Shown here piece by piece: positions 40,957 to 50,734 of a stretch of 64,000 nt of DNA. The notes below the pieces were generated by a model. That model was not told the DNA's origin and searched no databases. It saw nothing but the letters and a program-made list of their open reading frames with translations. Made by a program: the position numbers and the translations under genes. The stretch spans positions 3,456,001-3,520,000 of the forward strand of contig OY762463.1 in the NCBI GenBank assembly GCA_963665815.1, read 5' to 3'. This DNA is from Candidatus Cloacimonadales bacterium (GTDB lineage Bacteria; Cloacimonadota; Cloacimonadia; Cloacimonadales; JAIOQZ01). Numbering within the stretch: the stretch's first letter is position 1; every line of letters starts with the position of its first letter.

Positions 40957-43521
40957 TTATTCTTCGTCAAGAAGCTCTCGTACAATTTTCAGTAACTCAA
41001 TTACCTGATAAGGTTTTTGAATAAATCTGAAACCATGTTTATTTATTTCATCAATATTGATTTTACTGGCTGTATATCCGCTATTCAACAAAATTTTTAT
41101 TGCAGGATTTATTTTTCTTATGCGCTTCACAAGCTCTACACCACTGTCATCTGGTAAAACGACATCACTTATAATCAAATCCAGAGATTCCTTGTTATCC
41201 ATGAATAATTTTTCAGCTTCTGTCGAGTTTTCAGTCTGAATTACTGAATAACCGAAGTTAGTCAGGATGCTTACACCTACTTTCCTGACATTTTTTTCAT
41301 CTTCCACAAATAATATTTTTTCATTGTTACCCGAGTATGTACTGAAGTTCTCATGTGATATGGCGTCATCTATAACACTGTCAACAACGGCAGGCAGATA
41401 TATATGAAAAATTGTACCCTTATCCGGTTCACTGTAAACATTCAGCCAGCCTTCATGTTGTTTTACAATTCCAAAAACGACTGAAAGTCCCAGCCCTGTA
41501 CCGGAACCCGCTTTTTTGGTTGTAAAAAATGGTTCGAAAATTCTATCAATAGTCTCAGCAGTCATGCCTATTCCGGTATCTTCTACTGACAATACGACAT
41601 ACAATCCTGGCTCAGCTGTTTTACTGCCATGTAATTCCGGTTGAGTGAGAAAGATGCTTTTCCCGCGGATTTTTATTGTGCTTCCGGCAATTGTGGATGC
41701 ATCCCTTGCATTTATCACGAGATTCATTATTGCTTGCTCAATCTGCCCCGGATCTGCTTTTATCAGCCCGGTATCATCATTGATATCTATTTCCAGTTTA
41801 TAATCCTCTCCAATTAGTCTATTCAGCATTTTATGCAGATTCTCAACAAGCTTTTTCACATTGATAAGCTTGGGATCCATAACCTGTTTACGACTGAAGG
41901 CAAGTAACTGTCTGGTTAATGAAGAAGCTTTAGATCCTGCAACTGCAATCTCTGCCAGGTTTTCAAAAAGCTGATCATTTTCTGAAACCAATGACATAGA
42001 CATTTCACAATAACCGTTTATCACAGTAAGAATATTGTTAAAGTCATGTGCAATACCTCCGGCAAGAGCTCCGAAAGATTCCATTTTCTGGGATTGCAGT
42101 AGTTGCTTTTCAAGACTGTTTTTTCGAGCTTCATCCTTGACTTTGGATGATATATCCCTCAGTAAGATAAGGTATGCAGGCTTGTCCTCATATTCAATAC
42201 TCGATGCTCTGATTTCAACAATAGCTTCTTCATCATAGGAACGGATAATTGTCTTCTGCTGAACCTCGTTCACATTAACCTGAAAATCAAGAGTATCACC
42301 TATCATATCTATAGCCGGGCGTGAAAACAGTTTCTCAGCGGCATTGTTGGCAAAAGAAATAATCTTTGATTCGTTAAGTATCAGTATAGCATCCGGATTC
42401 TGAGATATAATCTGATAGAATCGTTTTTCATTATTCTTAATAATTTTCTCAAATTCTTTCTGCTGGGATACATCTTGAGCAAACTCCAATTTGACCAATT
42501 TTCCATTTGGCCACCTGATAAGTTTATCCGTGAGATGAAATGTTTTTCTTAAAACAGGATTGTAATGATCCCATTCTATAACTTGATTCTCTTCTTTCAG
42601 TTTAGGAATACTGCAAAAACCACATGGTGCAGGTAATCCTTGAAGGACATTATAACATTTTTTTCCTACTAAACTTGTGGCAAAGGTTTTATCAAGTGAG
42701 TAATTGGCAAATAGAATATCGTATGTGGCAGGATCGACAATATATATGTATTGAGGGAATGAATCCAGAATTGACAGAAAGCGATCATACTGTATCTTCA
42801 CTTGATCCAGCATTTTGTTTTTCTCCGATATCTGCATATCTATATGCTCAAACAGATTATTGAAGCTTGTGTACAGTGTCCCAATCTCATCATCCTGTGT
42901 TTTTTCCAGCCTGATTGAGTAGTCTTTATTTTCAGTAACTGTTACAACTGCATCTACAAGATTAAGGATAGGTTCAGAGATCACTTTCTGAGTGATTTGG
43001 GCTAAAAATAACACAAGAAGATACAATAGAAACAATATTACTATAAAAAATAAAAATCGTCGCAATACGTCTTGTTTAAGTCTATCAGTATTTACTTCAA
43101 GGTTAATATAGCCCAGTAGAGCTTCTTGATGATTTATATTTTCAACAATGTTCATATTTCTGTTTAAACTCAGAAAGTGCCAGAAACTCTTAGTTGAATC
43201 TTGCACATCTTTTTTGTTAGAATGATACAGTAATAGTTTACCCGATCTGTCATATATCGAAACTGTATTTATATAGTCCACTGTTTCTGATTTACTGACA
43301 ATTTCTTTCAATCCGTCAATGTCATCAAAAACTATTGGTGAAATGCAGTACTCTCCAATCAATTTAGCTTGTGCATGAGCTGTGTTCTCCAAATCTTGTT
43401 TCAACGAGTTTATTCTTTCTAATGAGTAAATAGTTAGTACTAACAGAAGAATAAATATATTTACACCTGAAATTATTACTGTGAGTTTCTTCTTTATTGG
43501 AAGTTGTTTAAAACTTTTCAT
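40957..43521 (-). CDS. Hybrid HAMP/PAS histidine kinase with C-terminal receiver
   Basis: Two TMs, HAMP (DDEIGTL..SFN), PAS, AHDFNN, NLVINARDA, GTGLGLS, receiver VEDE/DVVLP/KP. Confidence 0.92.
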   Translation of the reverse strand: MKSFKQLPIKKKLTVIISGVNIFILLLVLTIYSLERINSLKQDLENTAHAQAKLIGEYCISPIVFDDIDGLKEIVSKSETVDYINTVSIYDRSGKLLLYHSNKKDVQDSTKSFWHFLSLNRNMNIVENINHQEALLGYINLEVNTDRLKQDVLRRFLFFIVILFLLYLLVLFLAQITQKVISEPILNLVDAVVTVTENKDYSIRLEKTQDDEIGTLYTSFNNLFEHIDMQISEKNKMLDQVKIQYDRFLSILDSFPQYIYIVDPATYDILFANYSLDKTFATSLVGKKCYNVLQGLPAPCGFCSIPKLKEENQVIEWDHYNPVLRKTFHLTDKLIRWPNGKLVKLEFAQDVSQQKEFEKIIKNNEKRFYQIISQNPDAILILNESKIISFANNAAEKLFSRPAIDMIGDTLDFQVNVNEVQQKTIIRSYDEEAIVEIRASSIEYEDKPAYLILLRDISSKVKDEARKNSLEKQLLQSQKMESFGALAGGIAHDFNNILTVINGYCEMSMSLVSENDQLFENLAEIAVAGSKASSLTRQLLAFSRKQVMDPKLINVKKLVENLHKMLNRLIGEDYKLEIDINDDTGLIKADPGQIEQAIMNLVINARDASTIAGSTIKIRGKSIFLTQPELHGSKTAEPGLYVVLSVEDTGIGMTAETIDRIFEPFFTTKKAGSGTGLGLSVVFGIVKQHEGWLNVYSEPDKGTIFHIYLPAVVDSVIDDAISHENFSTYSGNNEKILFVEDEKNVRKVGVSILTNFGYSVIQTENSTEAEKLFMDNKESLDLIISDVVLPDDSGVELVKRIRKINPAIKILLNSGYTASKINIDEINKHGFRFIQKPYQVIELLKIVRELLDEE

Positions 43522-43522
43522 A

Positions 43523-44038
43523 TCAATTATTTCTTACAATTCGAGAAAGTCTCAGTAAATGGTAGCTTACTTTCAGTCCGGACTCTCTGAAGGCTTTGGG
43601 GTTAGACTCAAATTTAAGTCGGTTATTTTCTATAAAGAAATTTAAATGAACATCATGATTATAAAAATCTGAGTGTGATATCAGCAGAATCTGGTTACTT
43701 CTACACTTTCGTATTACATTGTCAGCAAGATTGCATTTGCATTCCGGAAGATATATGATGTCACATCCTATTGTATCGCCTAAAGATTTAATCTGCTTGA
43801 ATGCAACCTTCTTATTCTTGATCTGATTGCTTGAGAAAAAATCAATCAGATTATCGGCAAATTCATCATTCAGGATATATCCTATTGTAAATTCATCATC
43901 AAGTTGATTATCCGGCCATTCAATGAATCGTGTGAACTTCTCAATATATGCAGATTTAAGCTCGTTAATTTCTACAGAAACCAGATTAAGAATCATGAGT
44001 TGGATTGCCAGAAGCATTAAGATTTTAATTGGTTTCAT
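43523..44038 (-). CDS. YfiR-family periplasmic protein
   Basis: LKSAYIEKFTRFIEWP, CDIIYL, LNF..ENNRLKFE.N, SGLKVSYHLLRL. Confidence 0.88.
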   Translation of the reverse strand: MKPIKILMLLAIQLMILNLVSVEINELKSAYIEKFTRFIEWPDNQLDDEFTIGYILNDEFADNLIDFFSSNQIKNKKVAFKQIKSLGDTIGCDIIYLPECKCNLADNVIRKCRSNQILLISHSDFYNHDVHLNFFIENNRLKFESNPKAFRESGLKVSYHLLRLSRIVRNN

Positions 44039-46348
44039 TTAAAATTTATACTCCAGTTTAAGCCCAATAGTCATAGGTTCTTCGATAAATCCACATTGTC
44101 TTGGAAACTGTTTAACATCACCTGTTTCCCAGAATTGAATGACATATCTAATATGATTATAAGAAATAAGGTTTTGAGAAAAAAGTTTTATTTTCAGATC
44201 AGATTTGCTGTTTGGTAAAGACCAGATGAATGCAAAATTGCTTGTAAAAGAGGGTTTACCATATCCATGCTCTTCAAGATCCTCTTCAATTTCTTTCATT
44301 GTCTGTTTTAGCACAGGATCATTCAGTTTATTATGAGCTGAGTTAAATTTATCAAGCATCTCAGATTGCTGAAAATTCCACATCAACTGACCATTCATAT
44401 GAAAACGCAAATTGTCTGAAATGTCATAATTAACTGTAGTCTTCAGAGTCTGAGCAGGAAGATTGTTGATTCTGTTTTCTCCACTGCCATCTATCATATA
44501 AGTTGTGCCTGTAGAATCAACAATCCAGGCATCAGTATTCAATTTCTGATCCCAGTTTATTTGATTGATAAAGGAATAGTTAGCATTCATTGACAACTTG
44601 TCCTTGCTGTAATTAATGCTTGTCTCAAATCCAAGAAGATCAAATGTACCTATTACATCTGTATACACGGAATCATTTATCCAGCTGATCTGATCAATAC
44701 TGTAATAATACAGGGAAGATTTCATGTTCAGATTTTTACTCCAGTTAAGAATATGTACAATCTCTGAACCTGTTCTTATTTCTGGTTTTGCATCATCAGC
44801 ACCGAGATAGTTTTGGGCATACATCTCTGTAAGCAGTGGGAGTCTGACTGATCTGTCAAAAATCAGCTCCAGGGTGTTGTTTTCAGTTATGTCTCCAATA
44901 AAAGCAATCCTTGGTGAAATTGCAAAATCAGAATATTCATTTTTATCTGCTCTGAATGAGAAAAGAGATTGGAAATAATCTGTAAAAGTGATATTTGCTT
45001 CTCCAAAAAAAGAATATTGATTACAGTCAATATCATCACTAATTACTGTTGTGAAACTGTCTCCATAGAACTGACGGAATTTGGAGTTTTCATTCAGAAC
45101 AGCAAATCTTATAGGAGCTTGCAGACTTAGTATGAATGATTCATCATCTTCTCCCCATTCAGGTCTGTAAAACTGATACATAAACTCACTGCCTAAAGCG
45201 AATTTGGCATTTTCAGAATGATTATAGTTAAATTGCATTGAATATGTTAGAGCATTTTCAGAGAATGAATTACTTAATTGTGCAATATGATCTTCAGCCA
45301 GACCGTCACGTTGCCACATGTTGACACTTCTGTAACTAATTGACTTGAAATTCAAACTACTCTTGAATTTAAGGTCATTCCACATTTTCTTCTTCCATTG
45401 CAATGATCCGAGAAATAATTTGCCGTGTTGTCCGTTGAAAGCGGGACCATCTGAAGAATAAGTCTGCTGAGTCATTAAAGTATGGTTATAGGTGGAGTAA
45501 TGGGTGGATAGTGATATGTTATCACTGAACTCTGCGTTCAGGTGAAACTTAACTTCCGGTTTTCCTTGATAATCAGAAAGGAAGTTCGGTGCAGGAGTTC
45601 CTCTCTCGAAATTTCCCCAGTCTGAACCCATGAAGCCCCATCCCCAAGGTTTGTTCTCATTAAAATTGTATGCTCTGTCAACATAGTAATACTTAGTATC
45701 ATCAAGTCCTTTGGATTCATTCATGCTTCCAAAAATGTAGTACTTTATTGTAGTGGAATTATCTTCAACAGAAAATGATTTACCTTCTGAATGATATCTC
45801 GGTATATTTAAGTAACCCAGATTCCTGGATTTATTATCGGGAGATTTAGTAATTATATTAATCATTCCGGCTGTAGCCCCAGGACCATACGTAGCAGATC
45901 CGCTACCGCTGATTATCTCAATTCTGTCTATGAATCCAAGTTCTTTATCGTGCAATTCGAACATAGCACCGTAAAATGAATTCATGTTTATATCTTTACC
46001 ATTAAGCAGAAGTTGGTATGAGTAATTTTGATCACTAAGACTACCTCTGATTCCAAGACGAAGTCCCTGGTAATGTGAAACATAAGTTGCCCCTGGAACA
46101 TAAGTTTCAATCAGATCATATATGTTTCTGGCTGGAGTATTGTATATTTGTTCTGATGTAATTACAGTTATAGTACCAGGATATCTGTTCTGCTCAATAC
46201 CTGTTAATGTACCGGAATCGATTTCAACATTCATCAGTTCTTCCAGAGTCATATTCATCAATAATTCCGAATTGGATTCAGTATAGCTGGAGGAAGTTAA
46301 TTTAAGCTGAATAATCAAAAAAATGATAAAAATTCTACCTATATTCAA
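44039..46348 (-). CDS. TonB-dependent receptor (YfiR-linked type)
   Basis: MTLEELMNVEI..., ITVITSEQI, RIEIISGSGSATYG.GA..G.INIITK plug motifs, terminal Phe; TTG start behind GGAGG. Confidence 0.88.
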   Translation of the reverse strand: MNIGRIFIIFLIIQLKLTSSSYTESNSELLMNMTLEELMNVEIDSGTLTGIEQNRYPGTITVITSEQIYNTPARNIYDLIETYVPGATYVSHYQGLRLGIRGSLSDQNYSYQLLLNGKDINMNSFYGAMFELHDKELGFIDRIEIISGSGSATYGPGATAGMINIITKSPDNKSRNLGYLNIPRYHSEGKSFSVEDNSTTIKYYIFGSMNESKGLDDTKYYYVDRAYNFNENKPWGWGFMGSDWGNFERGTPAPNFLSDYQGKPEVKFHLNAEFSDNISLSTHYSTYNHTLMTQQTYSSDGPAFNGQHGKLFLGSLQWKKKMWNDLKFKSSLNFKSISYRSVNMWQRDGLAEDHIAQLSNSFSENALTYSMQFNYNHSENAKFALGSEFMYQFYRPEWGEDDESFILSLQAPIRFAVLNENSKFRQFYGDSFTTVISDDIDCNQYSFFGEANITFTDYFQSLFSFRADKNEYSDFAISPRIAFIGDITENNTLELIFDRSVRLPLLTEMYAQNYLGADDAKPEIRTGSEIVHILNWSKNLNMKSSLYYYSIDQISWINDSVYTDVIGTFDLLGFETSINYSKDKLSMNANYSFINQINWDQKLNTDAWIVDSTGTTYMIDGSGENRINNLPAQTLKTTVNYDISDNLRFHMNGQLMWNFQQSEMLDKFNSAHNKLNDPVLKQTMKEIEEDLEEHGYGKPSFTSNFAFIWSLPNSKSDLKIKLFSQNLISYNHIRYVIQFWETGDVKQFPRQCGFIEEPMTIGLKLEYKF

Positions 46349-46454
46349 TTTTGCCTACCTCCTTTAAGATTATTAAATTACAATTAGTTATAATTTAGAT
46401 AAAATATTGATTGAGGCAAAATAATTTTACACTGAGAACAAGCATTTTGTATAG

Positions 46455-46486
46455 AAAAAAAGATTCAGGCTTATCACCTGAATCTT
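46455..46486 (-). terminator. Intrinsic terminator of the lipoprotein operon
   Basis: AAGATTCAGG/CCTGAATCTT stem followed by a minus-strand T run. Confidence 0.75.
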
Positions 46487-46516
46487 GTAATCTAAAAATA
46501 CGACTGAGGATAGTTT

Positions 46517-47536
46517 TTAGAATAGATAGCTGTTCAGAAAATCATCAAATTCTTTCATGAATCCTTTTTTGATCTTCTTTGCCATTTCTCTATAAGCTCT
46601 TTCTACTGCTTCGTTCTTAGTAATATGAGCTTCTCTACCTTTTTCATCCATTGTAACAACAGATTTTCCCTGTTCATTAAGCATTCTTATTAAAAGGTTA
46701 TAACGCACAAAATACTTATCACCTTTACCGAGATCACTGTTTTCAACATTAACATCAGCTTCAACTTTAAGTTTACCATTGTTTTTTACCTGAAAACCAT
46801 ATTTGCCAAGAGCATTAGTAATCATGTTTTTAATCTGATTGCTGTTATCATTTTTAACATTTACTGCAAAAACAAGAGATCTTGCCGTGCTGTTTTTTTT
46901 ATCAAGAATATCTGCAAGATTGTACTCAGGATCAACAAAATCTTTCATTGTTGAAGAGATAACACCAAGTTGTTCAATCAAAGTCTGATTGTTAACACCA
47001 AAAATATGAGCAGCATTATACAGGGCATACTTCTTAAACAAATCCGGTGTTGAATTAGCCGTGCCAGAATACTCAATAATCTTTTCGGAGTTTTCGGAAA
47101 TTCTGCCTTCATAAATGTTTGCAGTCTTCATTCTGTCAATGTAAGCAATAATGTTGACTCTACCGCTGTTATCAGTATATGACTCACCAAATTGAACATT
47201 GATAAGTGATTGCTGAGACTGAATCTTCACATTTGTTGTAATGTCTGTTTGAGTTACTGAGATGCCTTCAGTCTGGCTGACAATTTCATTATATTTTTCA
47301 ATATAAGTTTCATCACTGGATACTTTTGCTTCAAAAATACGAGACATTTTGGACATTGCCGCATCTTCTGCCTGGCTGCGAGTATCACCGGTTCCAATGG
47401 CTGTCATATATAGTGCATTGGGGTAATCTGCTTCCGGATTGGTCATCCAGCGTGGTTTTGACGGAGTCTGTGTTTTTGGGTTTGATGCACAGACCGTTAG
47501 CATAATTGACATTAAAATTATTATTATTTTTTTCAT
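46517..47536 (-). CDS. LPP20-family lipoprotein
   Basis: Signal peptide with Cys, KPRWM, Y.TAIGTG..R..AE..A. Confidence 0.7.
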   Translation of the reverse strand: MKKIIIILMSIMLTVCASNPKTQTPSKPRWMTNPEADYPNALYMTAIGTGDTRSQAEDAAMSKMSRIFEAKVSSDETYIEKYNEIVSQTEGISVTQTDITTNVKIQSQQSLINVQFGESYTDNSGRVNIIAYIDRMKTANIYEGRISENSEKIIEYSGTANSTPDLFKKYALYNAAHIFGVNNQTLIEQLGVISSTMKDFVDPEYNLADILDKKNSTARSLVFAVNVKNDNSNQIKNMITNALGKYGFQVKNNGKLKVEADVNVENSDLGKGDKYFVRYNLLIRMLNEQGKSVVTMDEKGREAHITKNEAVERAYREMAKKIKKGFMKEFDDFLNSYLF

Positions 47537-47544
47537 AATATCCT

Positions 47545-48978
47545 CTAATGAATGTAAAAAGTTTCTATCAGGTTAAGACCTTTTCTCGAAACTTCGAATT
47601 GTTTATATTCCTCGGTAATAAGTAAAGCTCCATTCTTATGATAATACTTAACAGCAATATCATGTTTCCCCGGATCTACCATAATTTCCGTAGTATAAGC
47701 AAACGCAGGGAAAAACCTGGAGATTCTAAGATCAGCGTTTTCTGTTGCATCGACCATTACATCTGTTGCCAGACGAAGCAGAGCGCCTCCAAGATCATTT
47801 GATTTGGCGTTATTCTGTTTGAATTTATGGGATGCAATACCTTTTGTAATTGATCTTATCAGGGTTTTGAAGAAAATAATAGGTTCTTTCACAGCAAAAG
47901 TTTTCTGTGCAATGTTCTCCATATCTTCAACCATCATCAGATTATGTTTATTACCATCAACAATCACTTCAATTCTGCCAACGTTCGATCCGAGTTTTTT
48001 GAATTCTATCACGGGCAGTTTGAAATGCATTCCCGGTTCAACACCTTCCCAGTATATGTCATCCATACCATTCAGTTTTATGTTGCCACCTTCCTGATAT
48101 TCAGATGTTGAAGCAAAGATGAATCTGTTTTTCTCTGAATGAACATAGAAAGTATGTTGTCTTTTATCAGGAGAGCGTCCGGTAAATGCCAGAATGTTGA
48201 GCTTTGCTTTACTCTTAACTTTAAGGGCTTTACTGAAATCAGGTTTAGGAAAATTGTACAGGTGAGCCTGCAGCTGCCATGCCTGATCAATCTTTTTGAG
48301 ATCAATTTCAGCTTCGTCCAGCCTGTCGGTTGCTCTGTACATGAGCATACTCAGGTAACGCCCTAGAATATCATTATGGAACTTGTTCTTTCCAGCCTGC
48401 ACCTGAGTTTTGGTTTTCCCCATAAGGTTGATTACTTTTGCTTGTTTCTTGTACTTATCTTCCAGTACATTCAGTTTATTGTTTATTCTACGGATTTCCA
48501 CAAAGGCATCATCGAAGAGACGAACTTTTTCTTTTCTGGTTTCGGCAGAATCAGATAATGCCAGATAGTTCAGGGCTTTGAAAATATTCAGATAGATATC
48601 TTCGTAATCCTCGCCTGAATACTCTTTAGCATTATCATTAAGCAGGTATGAGGCTGCTTCTCGGCTGATACTCCTTGTGAAAAGTTCTTCAATAGCGTCT
48701 TCTGCCTTCTGAAGATACTCATTACTGAGTCTGTAATTTCTATTAAAATGGTACAGCATGCCAATATCAAGATAATACAATACTTTCTCTTTCTGTGTAT
48801 AACCTGTTTCCTTAGCTGCTTCAATCTGGCGTATTGCAGTAGCATAATCTTTTCGCTGCAGCATGAGGTCTGTGCCTGCATACTGAAGTTTGGATGTAGC
48901 CATATTGGCACAACTGAACAAAAATACAGAAAAGACAATCAGTAGTATTAGTTTGATACTGTTACAGGCTTTTACCAT
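47545..48978 (-). CDS. COG3014-type TPR-like lipoprotein
   Basis: Lipobox LFSC, LYYLDIGML, ND...Y.GEDYE, ENADLR; adjacent to lpoB. Confidence 0.7.
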   Translation of the reverse strand: MVKACNSIKLILLIVFSVFLFSCANMATSKLQYAGTDLMLQRKDYATAIRQIEAAKETGYTQKEKVLYYLDIGMLYHFNRNYRLSNEYLQKAEDAIEELFTRSISREAASYLLNDNAKEYSGEDYEDIYLNIFKALNYLALSDSAETRKEKVRLFDDAFVEIRRINNKLNVLEDKYKKQAKVINLMGKTKTQVQAGKNKFHNDILGRYLSMLMYRATDRLDEAEIDLKKIDQAWQLQAHLYNFPKPDFSKALKVKSKAKLNILAFTGRSPDKRQHTFYVHSEKNRFIFASTSEYQEGGNIKLNGMDDIYWEGVEPGMHFKLPVIEFKKLGSNVGRIEVIVDGNKHNLMMVEDMENIAQKTFAVKEPIIFFKTLIRSITKGIASHKFKQNNAKSNDLGGALLRLATDVMVDATENADLRISRFFPAFAYTTEIMVDPGKHDIAVKYYHKNGALLITEEYKQFEVSRKGLNLIETFYIH

Positions 48979-49574
48979 TTATTTTTATCCCTTTGAACTA
49001 CTTTCTTAATCTCTTTTTTGTTCTGCCATACTATTGTATTTGATTCGAGGTTAATTAACTGTAGTGTAACATTGTAATATCTAAGCGTTTGAGCTCCACC
49101 TCTATCTTCTACAGTTGTAACATCACCTTTAAGCATGAAATCTGCAGCGTTTTCGGCAGCAAGTCTTTTAGCTGTTTCTTCGGATGAGTTTGACTGTTGA
49201 TCCATTCTTTCTGATCTTATTTCATCTCTCTGCTCACTACTGGCAACAAATTCAATCATACCACTGTTAATAAGCTCAGTCTGAAGATTGTTCACTAATG
49301 GTTTCAGTTCAATGTGTTCATCACTTTTGTTTCTGACAGTACCGATAATTACTCTTGGAGTTCTGCCTTCTGAAGTTTTGAAATTAGTTAACCATGGTCG
49401 ATTCATTACGTCCCGGATAAGTGTTTGAGCAACAAGCTGGATATCTGTGTCATTCCATCTTCCGCTATAATCGATTTGCTCATCAACAGCTACTCTCTGT
49501 ACTTTTGGTGCAGGAGTGCTTGCACATCCTATGATGCTTACAATAATTAATGCTATAAATAATATGTTTTTCAT
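48972..49574 (-). CDS. lpoB: Penicillin-binding protein activator LpoB family lipoprotein
   Basis: Lipobox IIGC, SGRWNDTD, VRNKSDEHI, ADFMLKG, LINLESNTIVW. Confidence 0.8.
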   Translation of the reverse strand: MKNILFIALIIVSIIGCASTPAPKVQRVAVDEQIDYSGRWNDTDIQLVAQTLIRDVMNRPWLTNFKTSEGRTPRVIIGTVRNKSDEHIELKPLVNNLQTELINSGMIEFVASSEQRDEIRSERMDQQSNSSEETAKRLAAENAADFMLKGDVTTVEDRGGAQTLRYYNVTLQLINLESNTIVWQNKKEIKKVVQRDKNKW

Positions 49575-49587
49575 AGCTCCTCCAATA

Positions 49588-50406
49588 TTATATATTTTCT
49601 ATTGATTTTTCTGCGGTAATAGTATACCAATCTATGTTTTCTATGTCGGTTTCGTCGATATTTCCAAGTTTACAGATACGAATATGCTGATAGTTCATAC
49701 TTTCCAGTTTTTCGATTATCTTTGTATATGAGAACGGATAGTACTGAACATAAAATTGTCTTTTACTGACGATTCTGTTTTCGATTTCTTCAAAGATCAG
49801 AAAATTAAAGATCATTGATCCGTCTTTATCATAGTCCCAGACCTGAACATGATTAACTCTGCCTTTATCTCTTATAATAGGATTGAACAGGTAGAATCTT
49901 TGTTTCCTTTTCTGAATAATGTCCCAGTTGCGGGAATCAATGTAGATTGTACCTCCGGGTTTAAGAACAGAGTCCATTTGTTCGATCACCGTTTCAATTT
50001 CTTCGTTTTTTACATGACCCAGAGAATTCCCGGTTGACATTACAAGGTCGAACTCATTCTTAATCGACTTCTTCAGATTCCTGAAATCACAATTTACAAA
50101 ATCAGCAATCAAATTTCTTTCCAGAAAGTTCTGTTTGGCTTTCTTCAGCATGTGACGGTTAACATCGCAGGCTGTTACTGAGTATCCCAGCTCAGACAAC
50201 TGCATGGTCATTTGCCCTGATCCCGCTGAACAGTCCAGTGCTTCTCGAATTCTTTTATGTCCAAATAATTTATGATAAAACAATCTTGTTTCATCCCTGA
50301 AACCCTTGGTATAGAACATATCATAAGCATCAGGTACGTCGTAATAAAGCATATTTATCCTTTCAAAATGAGAATTCGGTACATTAGTCAAATCTAATGC
50401 ATACAA
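49588..50406 (-). CDS. Class I SAM-dependent methyltransferase
   Basis: LDCSAGSG motif I, FDLVMSTGNSLGH, LKPGG; start codon uncertain. Confidence 0.85.
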   Translation of the reverse strand: MYALDLTNVPNSHFERINMLYYDVPDAYDMFYTKGFRDETRLFYHKLFGHKRIREALDCSAGSGQMTMQLSELGYSVTACDVNRHMLKKAKQNFLERNLIADFVNCDFRNLKKSIKNEFDLVMSTGNSLGHVKNEEIETVIEQMDSVLKPGGTIYIDSRNWDIIQKRKQRFYLFNPIIRDKGRVNHVQVWDYDKDGSMIFNFLIFEEIENRIVSKRQFYVQYYPFSYTKIIEKLESMNYQHIRICKLGNIDETDIENIDWYTITAEKSIENI

Positions 50407-50734
50407 TATGTAATAGATTATTGATTCTTAACCTCTGTACAAAATGTACGGAATCTCAGAATATCATTTCAAGCTTCCACATATATAATATTGGTTTCAA
50501 CAATGTCAAGAAATCTTGTCTTGAACTGGTATTCTTTTTATTTTCCGAGAGCTTTGCATATTAGTAAATTTAAGAAGTTAATGCAAAAAAGTATCGAATC
50601 AAATCGAATATCCTGTGAAACATGAGAAAAGGACTTCTCCAATTATGTAAATGTCTCGGGAAATAAGTTAGAATTATCATAAAAACATTGTTGACAATTA
50701 TTATCTCACTCAATGAGTTTATGCAGAGGTAAGA

